Shown in pieces: positions 28,351 to 38,362 of a stretch of 64,000 nt of DNA. The notes under the pieces were generated by a model. It had not been told where the DNA came from and did not search any database. It saw only the letters and a program-made list of their open reading frames with translations. The stretch's first letter is position 1; every line of letters starts with the position of its first letter. A program made the position numbers and the translations under genes. The DNA comes from Candidatus Thermosaccharophagus tengchongensis (GTDB lineage: Bacteria > Armatimonadota > Fervidibacteria > Fervidibacterales > Thermosaccharophagaceae): assembly GCA_032161105.1 (NCBI GenBank), contig JAVHTD010000004.1, one strand, 5' to 3'.

Positions 28351-29781
28351 ATGGTGCTCCCACAGGGGCAGTTTAATTGGCTCGTTGAGCGGCTTGAGGG
28401 GATTGTCGGCAAAGGTTGGGTGCGGTATGTTCAAGAGGATTTGCTCGCCTATGAGAGTGATGGATTGACATTTGAGAGGGCAAAGCCGGACTTGGTCATC
28501 TTCCCGGATGGCACGGAGCAAGTTGTTGAAGTTGTGAAGCTGCTAAACAGCGTCAAGATGCCATTCACACCACGCGGGATGGGCACTGGGCTTAGCGGCG
28601 GATGCCTCACGCCTCACGGTGGCGCAGTCATCTCGCTTGTGCGAATGAACAGGATACTTGAGATTGATGTGTATGGCAGGAGGGCACTCGTTGAAGCCGG
28701 CGTGATAAACAAGCGCCTCAGCGATGCAGCATCAAAATTCGGTTACACATTTGCGCCAGACCCATCAAGCGAGAGCGTGTGCACCATAGGCGGTAATGTC
28801 GCTGAGAATGCTGCCGGCCCGCATACGCTCAAATATGGTGTGACATCAAATCATGTGCTCGCAGCAGAAATCGTCATGCCAGATGGCGATGTGATTTGGC
28901 TTGGCGGCGATACACGCTGTGAGCCGGGCTACGACCTCATGGGGTTGTTCATCGGAAGCGAGGGCACTTTCGGCATCGCAACGAAGATACTCGTCAGGCT
29001 GACGAAGCTGCCACAAGCCTACAGGACATTGCTTGCGCAGTTTCGGTCACCAAGCGATGCTGCAAGGGCTGTCAGCGAAATCATCAGTAGCGGTATATTG
29101 CCGGCTGCGCTTGAGATGATTGACCATGTGGCGCTTGGGGCTGTTGTGGCGGCGTTTAAACTTGAATTGCCGAGGGAGACAAAGAGCATACTCGTCGTTG
29201 AGCTTGATGGGTTTGATGTGGCACTTGATAGGCAAGTTGAGGGTGTGCGCTCAATCTGCATCGCCAATGGGGCAATTGATGTGAGGGCTGCAAAGGATGA
29301 GGTGGAGCGTGAGGCGCTCTGGTTCGCGCGAAAGAAGGCGTTTGGGTCACTCGGAAGGCTCGCACCGAGCTATTGCACGCAGGATGTGGTTGTGCCGAGG
29401 TCAAGGATTCCGGAGGCGCTTGAGCGCATCTACGAGATAGGCGAAAGGCATGGCATACGGATTGCAAACATGTTTCACGCCGGCGATGGAAACCTTCATC
29501 CATGCATGCTCTTTGATGAGCGCTCAAGTGAACAGGTTGAAGCAGTCATAAAAGCGAGCGGTGAGATCATGCGGATGTGCGTTGAGATGGGAGGGAGCAT
29601 AACCGGGGAGCATGGAGTTGGAGTTGAAAAGAGGCGCTTCCTAAGGTTCATGTTCAGTGAGGACGAGATTGATGTCATGCGCAAGGTTAAGGCTGCCTTT
29701 GACCAAACCGGCCTTTGCAATCCCGGGAAGGTGTTCCCTAACAATGGTGCCGATCAAAACGGCATTCAATGCGCACGGTAG
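28351..29781 (+). CDS. FAD-linked oxidase (glycolate oxidase GlcD / D-lactate dehydrogenase family)
   Basis: PRGMGTGLSGG, APDPSS, TIGGNVAENAAG, GSEGTFG, HAGDGNLHP, TGEHGVG, NPGK. Confidence 0.9.
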   Translation: MVLPQGQFNWLVERLEGIVGKGWVRYVQEDLLAYESDGLTFERAKPDLVIFPDGTEQVVEVVKLLNSVKMPFTPRGMGTGLSGGCLTPHGGAVISLVRMNRILEIDVYGRRALVEAGVINKRLSDAASKFGYTFAPDPSSESVCTIGGNVAENAAGPHTLKYGVTSNHVLAAEIVMPDGDVIWLGGDTRCEPGYDLMGLFIGSEGTFGIATKILVRLTKLPQAYRTLLAQFRSPSDAARAVSEIISSGILPAALEMIDHVALGAVVAAFKLELPRETKSILVVELDGFDVALDRQVEGVRSICIANGAIDVRAAKDEVEREALWFARKKAFGSLGRLAPSYCTQDVVVPRSRIPEALERIYEIGERHGIRIANMFHAGDGNLHPCMLFDERSSEQVEAVIKASGEIMRMCVEMGGSITGEHGVGVEKRRFLRFMFSEDEIDVMRKVKAAFDQTGLCNPGKVFPNNGADQNGIQCAR

Positions 29782-29784
29782 TAG

Positions 29785-30246
29785 TTGCCGTGGATGCAAA
29801 GCCGCTCAGCATCCCATAACACCGCTACGCCGCTTATGGCGGTGATCAAATTGCTTTTCAGGAAGCCGAAGATTCTGACGAATGTTGAGATGGGAAGGGC
29901 TGCGGAGGATGCCGCCGCCAAGTTCCTCAGGAGGAAAGGCTATAGGATACTCCATCGCAACCTGAGGATGAGCGGTGGCGAGATAGACATCGTCGCAGAG
30001 CACCGCGGTGTTCTCGTCTTCGTTGAGGTGAAGGCGCGCTCAAGCGATGAGTTTGGAACGCCATCGGAAGCAGTGGATGGGAGGAAGCAGAGGAAGCTGA
30101 CGAAGCTTGCGCTGCAGTATCTTGCCGAGCATGAGAGCGCTTGGCGCAACTGCCGATTTGATGTCGTTGAAGTCTACATGCGCCGTAATGGCAAGATTGA
30201 GCGTATGGAGCTCATCACCGACGCGTTTGATGCGCAACTGAGATGA
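29785..30246 (+). CDS. YraN-family putative endonuclease
   Basis: GRAAEDAA..FL..KGY.IL.RN..GEIDIVA..LVFVEVKAR..RFDVV. True start is probably downstream (29836 or 29890). Confidence 0.9.
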   Translation: MPWMQSRSASHNTATPLMAVIKLLFRKPKILTNVEMGRAAEDAAAKFLRRKGYRILHRNLRMSGGEIDIVAEHRGVLVFVEVKARSSDEFGTPSEAVDGRKQRKLTKLALQYLAEHESAWRNCRFDVVEVYMRRNGKIERMELITDAFDAQLR

Positions 30247-30301
30247 GATCATCGGCATCAACTTTCAGGCAACCCCGTTACATTAACGGCTGCATTGGAG
30301 G

Positions 30302-31177
30302 GTGAATTGGATGATCAACGCCTCAACCAAATTCATCGCGATAGTCGGCGACCCGATAGAACATTCAATGACGCCGGTTATACAAAACGCAGCCCTTGAG
30401 GCACTCGGCGTCAATGTGAGAAACATCGCTTTCAGAGTAAGGCGGGAGGACTTCACCGAAGCTGTTAAAGGCGCAATGGCACTCGGCATGCTCGGCTTGA
30501 TGGTGACGATACCGCACAAGGAAGCTGCAGCCTCAATCGCCGATGAGCTTGATTGGCTGGCACAGCTCACTGGCAGTGCAAACCTGCTTCACTTCAAAGG
30601 CGGCACTATAGTTGGCTACAACACTGACGGATATGGTGCGAGCCAGAGCTTGAAAGATGCCGGGGTGGATGTGAGCGGTAAGCGCATTGCGATAATCGGC
30701 GCCGGTGGTGCCGGAAGGTGCCTTTGCTTCCAAATGCTGTTGGACGGCGCACGCTGCGTTCACATGTTCAACCGGACGCTTGAAAGGGCGATAAGGGTCC
30801 GCGATGAGGTGAAAGAAAAGCTGTCGTGTGAGAGAGTGCATGTGCATGAGTTGAACCGCGAGGAGCTCAAGGAAGTCCTCAGGGATGTTGACATTCTCAT
30901 CAACGCCACTTCGGTCGGAATGCACCCAAACGAGGATGAGACACCAGTTCCGGCTGACTGCCTACACAGCGGGCTAACCGTCTTTGACATCGTATACAAC
31001 CCGCTTGAGACGAGGCTTCTCAGGGAGGCGAAATTGGTTGGCGCAAAGACGATTGACGGCGTGAGCATGCTCGTTTACACGAATGTCAGGGCTATTGAGG
31101 TGTGCCTGAAATTGACGCCGTCATTTGAGCTCATGAGGCAGCGGTGCATTGAGGCTCTCAAAGGGAGCGCTGGCTGA
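30302..31177 (+). CDS. aroE: Shikimate dehydrogenase
   Basis: GDPIEHSMTP, VTIPHK, GYNTDG, GAGGAG, NATSVGM, DIVYNP. Confidence 0.9.
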   Translation: MNWMINASTKFIAIVGDPIEHSMTPVIQNAALEALGVNVRNIAFRVRREDFTEAVKGAMALGMLGLMVTIPHKEAAASIADELDWLAQLTGSANLLHFKGGTIVGYNTDGYGASQSLKDAGVDVSGKRIAIIGAGGAGRCLCFQMLLDGARCVHMFNRTLERAIRVRDEVKEKLSCERVHVHELNREELKEVLRDVDILINATSVGMHPNEDETPVPADCLHSGLTVFDIVYNPLETRLLREAKLVGAKTIDGVSMLVYTNVRAIEVCLKLTPSFELMRQRCIEALKGSAG

Positions 31178-31222
31178 AGCGGGACATGTAGCGGCTCTGC
31201 TGATCCGCCCTCGTTGCCTTTT

Positions 31223-32470
31223 TCAACTGTTCTCCTCAACTGGTGTGTTGGCTGCTTGGCATAGCCTCATCCTGCGCGTTGCCATGCGTTCGTTAATTAT
31301 CGGCATTAACCTGTGCAGCGCCTCAATGACATGTTCGGCTGTTATGGAACTCATGCACGGGTGATTCGGCAGCGGGCAAACTGGCAGCTCACATCCGGCA
31401 CAATCTGGCGGCGCATGTAGCAGGACATGATGACCTTGAATTGGCGCCCATTCAACTGCATGCACTTGCGATGAGAAAATGACAACCTGCGGTGTGCCCA
31501 GAGCTGCTGCAAAATGCATTGCGCAGGTGTCCACAGTGATAACGCAATCGGCAAGCGAGACGAGCGCAATCAAGTCATGCAAGCTGAGCGCTCCGGCGAG
31601 GTTGAAAGCCACTTCGCCGGATAGCTGCCTTATACGCTCAACCATTTGGCGCTCATTTGGCGAACCAGTGAGGATGATTGCAGCCCCGATGTGCCTGCGC
31701 AAGTAACGGCAGAGCTCCACAAAGCCATCCACCGTCCACCATTTTGCCGGGTTGCCACCGAATGGATGGATGACAACCAAAAATGGCGCCTCATCAAGAC
31801 CGAGTTTGGACAGCATCATTGCGGTCCTATGGAGCGCTTCACTTGGCGGATGCAATTCAATGGTTCCATCCTCGGAACCGTTACAACCAATTGCCCGCAC
31901 GACACTGAGTGCTCGGAAGACCTCGTGCTGCCAACGGTTGCGCCTAACCGGATGCGTGAGCATGAACTTGCCACCGACATCGCTGTAGCCAACCCTCATC
32001 GGTATGCGAGAGAGCGCCATCAGGAGTATGTTTCTCAGGTCGCCGCGCAAGTCCACTGCAGCATCAAATCGCCTTTGTGAGAGCATCCTCGCTCCAATGA
32101 GCATAATGCCGATGGAGACCAATGGATGATTGCTTTCCCTCTGGCGATCAAACCATGGTGCCCGATAGATGATGACCTCATCAACATCTTCGGTGAGCTG
32201 CGCCATCTCCTCACACCAAGGACCAACGAGAAGCGAAATATGGGCACTTGCAAACTTGCGCCGCAATGCCCTTATGGCGGGGAAGGAACAGAGTAAGTCG
32301 CCGATGTGATCCAACCTTATAACCAACAACCGCTCAATCGCCGATTTACGGTATGCACGGGCTTTTACAATCCTGCCGACGGGAGAGATAGCCGTATCAA
32401 CAACCTTGGCTAAGATTGCCCACCTCGGCTTCTTGTATCGGTAGCCAAGCCTTTCACCCCATGGAATCAT
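31223..32470 (-). CDS. Glycosyltransferase family 9 (heptosyltransferase-like)
   Basis: RLDHIGDLL, DLRGD, HP.G..PAKWW, TVDTCAMHFAAALGTP, C..C..C..CM.SI. Confidence 0.85.
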   Translation of the reverse strand: MIPWGERLGYRYKKPRWAILAKVVDTAISPVGRIVKARAYRKSAIERLLVIRLDHIGDLLCSFPAIRALRRKFASAHISLLVGPWCEEMAQLTEDVDEVIIYRAPWFDRQRESNHPLVSIGIMLIGARMLSQRRFDAAVDLRGDLRNILLMALSRIPMRVGYSDVGGKFMLTHPVRRNRWQHEVFRALSVVRAIGCNGSEDGTIELHPPSEALHRTAMMLSKLGLDEAPFLVVIHPFGGNPAKWWTVDGFVELCRYLRRHIGAAIILTGSPNERQMVERIRQLSGEVAFNLAGALSLHDLIALVSLADCVITVDTCAMHFAAALGTPQVVIFSSQVHAVEWAPIQGHHVLLHAPPDCAGCELPVCPLPNHPCMSSITAEHVIEALHRLMPIINERMATRRMRLCQAANTPVEENS

Positions 32471-32489
32471 GTGCTGTCACCAGCGTCAT

Positions 32490-33473
32490 TCAATGCTCAC
32501 ACTCAACCGAAAATTGCTTTCTTGCGACCACCCAAAGGTCTGGACCAAAGCCGAGCCGATAACAGAGCCAAACAAAGGGCAGTAGAGGCATCCACACCAT
32601 GAGCGATGCAAACCGAAATGCCCATTTGAGAGCTGCGGCTGGTTTGCTCAGCTCCGTCTTGCCTCGTAAGCGCGATGCGCCACTCCTCAACCCGAGCTTG
32701 CTAAGGGCGTTAGCAGCAACCCTTGATGAGTCCCAGAGCATACGCCCATGGTGTGTTTCGGTATGTATCGGCTTGAAGCCGCACATCTCAAGGAGGCGTG
32801 ACATCGTCGTCGGCGTGAAATGGTAAAGGTGTAACTCACCGAACCAAACCCATTCTCTCCCGGCTAACCTCGCCGACAAGCTGGCTGCATTTGGGACGCT
32901 CAATAAGAGCAGCCCGCCGTCACGCAAAAGCTGGTTGGCTTTGCGAAGCGCCTGCTTCGGATGACGCAGATGCTCAAGCACATGATGAAACATGATCACA
33001 TCAAACGGTGGTTCAAGTTCGGCATGCTCAAAGTCACCCGTAACAACTTGCAATCCGAATTGCCTCCTTGCAAACTCCGCAACTGGCTCTGCAGGCTCAA
33101 CACCGACAGCCTCCCAACCGTGTTGGCGAGCAACTTGCAAATAGAAGCCATGACCACAACCCACATCAAGCAACCTCCCAGCGGTTGAAGTGCCGCCAAA
33201 CCTGCGAATGAGCTTGAGACAGCGTCCTGCTCTCCTCATAGCGCGGTGTCGTTCAGCCAAGTAATGGGCGTAGTCGTATGCATCGGATGTGCCGGAGTAA
33301 ATTCCCTTCAACACCGGTTCGGTGAGCCTCGGTGAGTAATAAAGTAAACCGCAGCGCTTGCATCGCCGAAGCACGGATTCTCCGTAGCCAAAGCTATCCA
33401 TCGCCCATAGCGTTTCAGCATCGTCACTTTCGCATATAGCACATGGCACCACTTCAAGAGCCTCATCCGTCAT
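32490..33473 (-). CDS. Class I SAM-dependent methyltransferase with N-terminal Zn-ribbon
   Basis: CAIC..CKRCGL, LLDVGCGHG, HVLEHL, SVPN, HLYHF. Confidence 0.85.
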   Translation of the reverse strand: MTDEALEVVPCAICESDDAETLWAMDSFGYGESVLRRCKRCGLLYYSPRLTEPVLKGIYSGTSDAYDYAHYLAERHRAMRRAGRCLKLIRRFGGTSTAGRLLDVGCGHGFYLQVARQHGWEAVGVEPAEPVAEFARRQFGLQVVTGDFEHAELEPPFDVIMFHHVLEHLRHPKQALRKANQLLRDGGLLLLSVPNAASLSARLAGREWVWFGELHLYHFTPTTMSRLLEMCGFKPIHTETHHGRMLWDSSRVAANALSKLGLRSGASRLRGKTELSKPAAALKWAFRFASLMVWMPLLPFVWLCYRLGFGPDLWVVARKQFSVECEH

Positions 33474-34911
33474 GAGAACTCACTCCCTCACAGACCCGGC
33501 CATGTAGGATTGGGCAATGCCAAATGAGCAATGCCACCGAAGATGATAAAACCCCAATGGCAATCTCAAGCGTGGCGCTCTGCGCCACCCACCCAAACGC
33601 AGATGATGCGGAAATGAGTGCGCATGATGTTAACGCCGGTGGCGTGATCCACCTCAAAGGCACAAGCTTATCATCCAAGTGACGGAGCATGATGGCTGAT
33701 GTGATGAGCGCAATCAGGCACGCAATTGACATCCCAAACGCACCCCCAAGTGCCCCCATGAGTTTTCCGAGGGATGTGGTGAACACAAATGTGGACATCA
33801 CTGCAATGCATGCCGATGAGAGATATTGGGAGCGCCCTCCGAGCGATATGAGCGCATGCGCGATGTGTGATGATGCGAACATGAACACCAGAGCCGGAGA
33901 GAGCGCAATTAACACTTTATGCGCTCCGGCAAACTGGCTCCCGAATGTTAACCGCATTAAAGCGCCGCTGCATGATGAGACTAAAACAGAGATTGCCGTC
34001 CCGAATGCGCACATCATCGCAAGCCCTCTAACGAAGCGCCGCCTGAAGAGCTCCCTATCATTAACCACCTCGGACATAGACGGATAGAGCGAGAGCATGA
34101 ATGTTGAAATGGTCCAATCGGCAACTGCTATAAACTTGCTTGCGGCTGCGAACAAGCCGGCTTGGAAACTACCGCATGCCCAATAGACCAAGCTCATCGG
34201 CGATTGCAAGTGCACCCGCCAGATTGTGCTCGCAATGCCGAACGCGAGTGACTGGCGAAGCAAATTAAGCGCCGGCACAAGTGATGGCATTTTAAAGCGG
34301 ACCTTTCTGCGCGCTGCTGCAAATGTCAACACGCTATAAAGCCAAAGTGACAGCACATTCGCCCACATGAGCCAAAGCACACCCCTGCCCGCAAAGACAA
34401 TTGCGACCGTGAGAATGAGCAAAGCAGCGTGTGAGACGACGCGAAAGATATTCGGGAGCGTCAGGTCAATCGCCGCCACAAACCAGACTTCGCCAGATTG
34501 CGGTATCCATGCCGGCAACTGGAGCATCGCGAGGAATAGCAACATCCGTGTAACTGGGTCACTCACAAACGGCATTGCGAGCAGGATGATTGCGCACGCA
34601 GCGAGCACGGAGAGAAACCTTGCGCCAGTGAGCGAGGACAAGTGAGCTGATGCCATCTCCCTTTTAAGCGCTATTTCCCTTGTGGCGATTGTGCCAGCCA
34701 TCAATTCAGTGATACCGATAGCGAGCGTTGCAAAGCCGATGGCAAAGTTGAGCTTGCCAAAGTCATCCGGACCGAGGTATCGTCCGGCGATGATCGTTGC
34801 AATGACTGTGCACACAAATGCAACTGCCCTCGTTAAAGCCGTCAATGTTATGTTCCGTATGACCCTGTCCTTAAACAGGACAGCGAGCTTCAATGTGATC
34901 CGATGCACCAT
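33463..34911 (-). CDS. Polysaccharide flippase (Wzx/MOP family)
   Basis: Many TM segments; GRYLGPDDFG, TREIA, AGLFAAA, LYPSMS. Confidence 0.85.
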   Translation of the reverse strand: MVHRITLKLAVLFKDRVIRNITLTALTRAVAFVCTVIATIIAGRYLGPDDFGKLNFAIGFATLAIGITELMAGTIATREIALKREMASAHLSSLTGARFLSVLAACAIILLAMPFVSDPVTRMLLFLAMLQLPAWIPQSGEVWFVAAIDLTLPNIFRVVSHAALLILTVAIVFAGRGVLWLMWANVLSLWLYSVLTFAAARRKVRFKMPSLVPALNLLRQSLAFGIASTIWRVHLQSPMSLVYWACGSFQAGLFAAASKFIAVADWTISTFMLSLYPSMSEVVNDRELFRRRFVRGLAMMCAFGTAISVLVSSCSGALMRLTFGSQFAGAHKVLIALSPALVFMFASSHIAHALISLGGRSQYLSSACIAVMSTFVFTTSLGKLMGALGGAFGMSIACLIALITSAIMLRHLDDKLVPLRWITPPALTSCALISASSAFGWVAQSATLEIAIGVLSSSVALLIWHCPILHGRVCEGVSSHDG

Positions 34912-34934
34912 GAGTTTAATCGCTCCGCAAACCG

Positions 34935-35759
34935 TTAATCTCCGCCACTGCTATCGCCATGCAAGCTGCAAGCAGATAGGAGCTGCCCCACTATCTCGGC
35001 ATCCTCGGCAATCTGGTTTTCATACTTCTGGAAGACGCCGACAGCAATGGCATCGTGTGGCTTAATGTTCTCAATCGCATACTTGAATGCCGAACGAAGG
35101 TTCTCTTTGGTGTCGCAGTGTCTTCCGGCAGCAAGCACCTTAAAGGCTATACATGGTTTGCTCGCCATTTGAATCGTCTGACACATCCTCTCCCTATCCT
35201 GCGGCAAATAAACCTCGCCCGGGGGACGGCGCGGATTATAGAAGCAAGCCATGTAGAAGTCAACATCCCAACCATGCTCTTCAGCAAACTCAATCACTTC
35301 GGCTGTGTGCGTTGCGATGCCGGCTGGCAGACCGGCATCGTGTATGAAGTTGATGGCATCAATCAACTCATTGGTCATACCGCAGGAGAAAAGCTCATCC
35401 GTGCGCCCACCGTGAAAGTAAATGGCAATCGGGTTGTGCTCCGAGATGTCCTTGATGTTCTTTCGCCAGTCCTTTATCTCTGGCGCTGTCTGAGCAATCC
35501 ACTGCAGTGTCCCGCCGGCGTCTCGGAATTTGCGCACAACGCGCATTATGTGCTCATCACCGCGAGCTATGAATGTGTTGATGCCACACCTTTGCGCCTC
35601 AAAGAGGGCTTCAATTATGCGCTCGTCAGTGTAATACTCTCGCATCTCCCTGTCCAACTCGGGTGAGATGTGCGAAAAGCCCCTGAACGGGTTGCCACCG
35701 ATTATCAGCTTTGTCACCTCACAGCCACCAATTCGCACCGTTGGTAATTGCCCACTCAC
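34935..35759 (-). CDS. Uncharacterised aldo/keto-reductase-like TIM-barrel protein
   Basis: LPTVRIGG.EVTKLIIGGNPF.GFSH, GIATH, KPCIAFKVLAAGR; GGAGGTG RBS. Confidence 0.6.
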   Translation of the reverse strand: MSGQLPTVRIGGCEVTKLIIGGNPFRGFSHISPELDREMREYYTDERIIEALFEAQRCGINTFIARGDEHIMRVVRKFRDAGGTLQWIAQTAPEIKDWRKNIKDISEHNPIAIYFHGGRTDELFSCGMTNELIDAINFIHDAGLPAGIATHTAEVIEFAEEHGWDVDFYMACFYNPRRPPGEVYLPQDRERMCQTIQMASKPCIAFKVLAAGRHCDTKENLRSAFKYAIENIKPHDAIAVGVFQKYENQIAEDAEIVGQLLSACSLHGDSSGGD

Positions 35760-36009
35760 CTCGCTTCACCTCCATGCGCTGCGGGCTGCGAAAACCTTCG
35801 CGAGTAAAGCGATTGCACTCGTGCTAAAATGATACCGACATTGGAGGCGGACTTTTCAAGGGGCGAAATTCAACGCATGAAAACGGGCTATGGTGAGGTG
35901 TGAGATGCCTCCTCAAGGGGCGGTTAGCTTGGTGCATGGTTGAATTGGGTATGGCTTGCGATGCCTGCCTGAACAATACATTGCGTTCACGAATTCGGGG
36001 CGCGATGCT

Positions 36010-37533
36010 ATGAGTGGGCATGAAGCGAGAGTGAAGTTGCGCCGTGAGGTCAGTGTGTGGGGCTCGTTCTGTTGGGGCTATGCTGATGTTGGTGCGGATG
36101 TGTATGTTGCGCTCGGCTTAGTTATGGCTGCAGCTCAGGGCGCAACTCCGCTTGCCTTTGCCATTGCCGGCTCGGTTTATGTCTTCGTTGGGTTGGCATA
36201 TACGGAGATGGCATCGGCATACCCAGTGGCTGGTGGTGGGCAATATTTTGCGCTGCGCGGTTTGGGCGAAATCTGGAGCTTGCTATGTGGTGCAGGATTG
36301 CTGTTGGATTACACAGTTGATGTGGCACTATTTACGACTGCTTCTGCAGGTTACATCAACTTCTTCTTTCCGGCGGCGAGGGAGTTTGCGATAGACATAG
36401 GTCCGTTCAAAGGTGTCAACTTAATCTGGCTCACCGAGACATTGCTCCTAATCTTGCTGCTCGCCGTGCTCAATGTTAAGGGCATAAGGGAATCATCGCT
36501 GTTCAACGAGACGCTCGGCGCACTTGACCTTGTCCTTGAGACAACGATCATAGTCATAGGGTTTGCGTTTGCATGGCGCCCGGAATACTTCTTGCACCAG
36601 TGGAGGACGCAGTTCCCAACGGCTGAGAACTTGGCTTACGCAACAACCATTGCCGTCATCTCCTATGTCGGTTTGGAATCAATATCGCAAGCTGCTCAAG
36701 AGACAATACGCCCAACGACGGTCGTCCCGAGGAGTTCACTCGCTCTTGTCGTAATCGTGCTCCTATTTGCGCTCACCTTCCCGATTGTGTCACTCGGTAT
36801 CGTTGATTGGCGAACGATTGCGGAGCGAGAAGGTGATCCAATAGCTCACCTTGCAAGCCACCTCCCATTTGTCGGCTTCCTCGCCGGACCGGCAGCTGCG
36901 ATTCTGGGTGCGACGATATTGCTCATTTCGGCAAACACAGGAGTCATGGGCGCATCAAGGCTGGCGTATAGCATGTCCGAGACAAACCTAATAGGGGCGT
37001 GGCTATCGCATGTGCATCCGAAGTTTCGGACACCGGTGAGAACGATAGTCGTCTTTTCAGGTATTGCTGCATTGCAAGCCCTGTGGGCATTCCTGAGCGG
37101 GAGAAGGGCACTGGACATATTGGTTGATGCTTACGCATTCGGCGCTATGCTGGCTTACTTCGTCAGCTGCTTGGCGCTGATTGCTCTCAGGATAAAAGAG
37201 CCGCACACGCCGAGGGCTTTCAAAGCTCCCTTGAACATACGCTGGCGCGGTGCTGAGATACCGCTCATCGGTGTGTGCGGTGCAATCGGCACATTCATTA
37301 TGCTCATCGTCATCCTGTGGACGCATCACGCAGCCAGAATATTGGGACCAATTTGGGTGGCAGCTTGGTTTACGGTATACGCCTGCCATAGGAAGAGAAA
37401 TGGGCTCCCGATATTCCGCAGCACTGAGCAAGATTGGGACAGCAAGCAGCTTGAGATACTTTCAGATGCGGGTGAATGGGAGCTTTACGAGAAGCTGCGA
37501 ATAGAGCTTGAGCGGCGCTCAAGGAGGAGTTGA
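36010..37533 (+). CDS. APC-family permease (possible K+ or amino acid transporter)
   Basis: GYADVGADVY.ALG, YTEMASAYPVAGG, YVGLESISQ, SRLAYSM, HPKFRTP; about 12 TM segments. Confidence 0.88.
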   Translation: MSGHEARVKLRREVSVWGSFCWGYADVGADVYVALGLVMAAAQGATPLAFAIAGSVYVFVGLAYTEMASAYPVAGGGQYFALRGLGEIWSLLCGAGLLLDYTVDVALFTTASAGYINFFFPAAREFAIDIGPFKGVNLIWLTETLLLILLLAVLNVKGIRESSLFNETLGALDLVLETTIIVIGFAFAWRPEYFLHQWRTQFPTAENLAYATTIAVISYVGLESISQAAQETIRPTTVVPRSSLALVVIVLLFALTFPIVSLGIVDWRTIAEREGDPIAHLASHLPFVGFLAGPAAAILGATILLISANTGVMGASRLAYSMSETNLIGAWLSHVHPKFRTPVRTIVVFSGIAALQALWAFLSGRRALDILVDAYAFGAMLAYFVSCLALIALRIKEPHTPRAFKAPLNIRWRGAEIPLIGVCGAIGTFIMLIVILWTHHAARILGPIWVAAWFTVYACHRKRNGLPIFRSTEQDWDSKQLEILSDAGEWELYEKLRIELERRSRRS

Positions 37534-37548
37534 GGGGTAAATCGCATT

Positions 37549-37749
37549 GTGGGTGAAGTTAATGTGACGGCGCTGCGAAAAATGATTTGCGTGGCATTGA
37601 TGGCTGTGGGAATGGCTGTAGCCATAAGAGGCTCGCTGCATTGCCTTTCCCACGGTCTCCCATGGGATTGCATAACCATGAGCGCAATAAGCGGCGGTTT
37701 GATCTTCACACTCGGGTTGCTCAAATTGCGTTGCATAAGCGGCAGGTGA
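37549..37749 (+). CDS. Small two-TM membrane protein
   Basis: GAGGGG RBS; two hydrophobic helices; fills the gap between the permease and the USP gene. Confidence 0.45.
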   Translation: MGEVNVTALRKMICVALMAVGMAVAIRGSLHCLSHGLPWDCITMSAISGGLIFTLGLLKLRCISGR

Positions 37750-37755
37750 ACGGCT

Positions 37756-38349
37756 GTGCACCTTGGAGATCCCAACAGCGTTGTGACTCCGGCTGCTTCA
37801 CATCCCCTTGGTGTGTTGCTCGCAATCTCGTTTATCATCGTCCTTGCCGGATTGCTATTTTGGATGCTTCGTTTGCCACAACCAATGCCGCAAGAGGTGG
37901 CAAGGGCGGTCTACTCGGTTGAAGCTATACGAAACATCGTTGTGCCAATACTTGACCCATATTACAGTGAGAGGGCAGTTGAGCTTGCGTGTCGGTTGGG
38001 TAAACTGCACAACGCCAAGCTCGTGCTTGTATACATAATTGAAGTGCCGAGGTTGCTCACGCTTGACTCACCGCTGCCAAGCCATGTTGAGGAGGGAGCA
38101 AAGGAGGCGCTCAATAATGCGGCGCGCATAGCAGAGAGGCACTCAATAAAGGCTGTCACTGATACCATCCGCGCAAGGGAAGCAAATGAGGGCATAAGGA
38201 AGGCTGTGCAAGCATATCATGGTGACATGGTTGTGCTCGGGATACAGCTGGCGAAGGATAGACCACCGACATTGTTCACGCGCACAGTTGAAGCTTTGCT
38301 TCGCCAACCGCCGTGTGAGGTTATCATTGATAGCGTCCCGGCTGCATGA
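37756..38349 (+). CDS. Universal stress protein with N-terminal TM helix
   Basis: NIVVPI..SERAVELACRL..LVYIIEVP..DMVVLG..LLRQPPCEVII. Confidence 0.85.
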   Translation: MHLGDPNSVVTPAASHPLGVLLAISFIIVLAGLLFWMLRLPQPMPQEVARAVYSVEAIRNIVVPILDPYYSERAVELACRLGKLHNAKLVLVYIIEVPRLLTLDSPLPSHVEEGAKEALNNAARIAERHSIKAVTDTIRAREANEGIRKAVQAYHGDMVVLGIQLAKDRPPTLFTRTVEALLRQPPCEVIIDSVPAA

Positions 38350-38362
38350 GGGGTGATCTTGC

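Noticed and set aside
35760..36009. c-di-AMP (ydaO) riboswitch upstream of the APC/RCK operon
   Set aside because: The context fits, but I could not find the characteristic GCUGAA, GGGGGA and CAGCUAAC elements in order on the plus strand.
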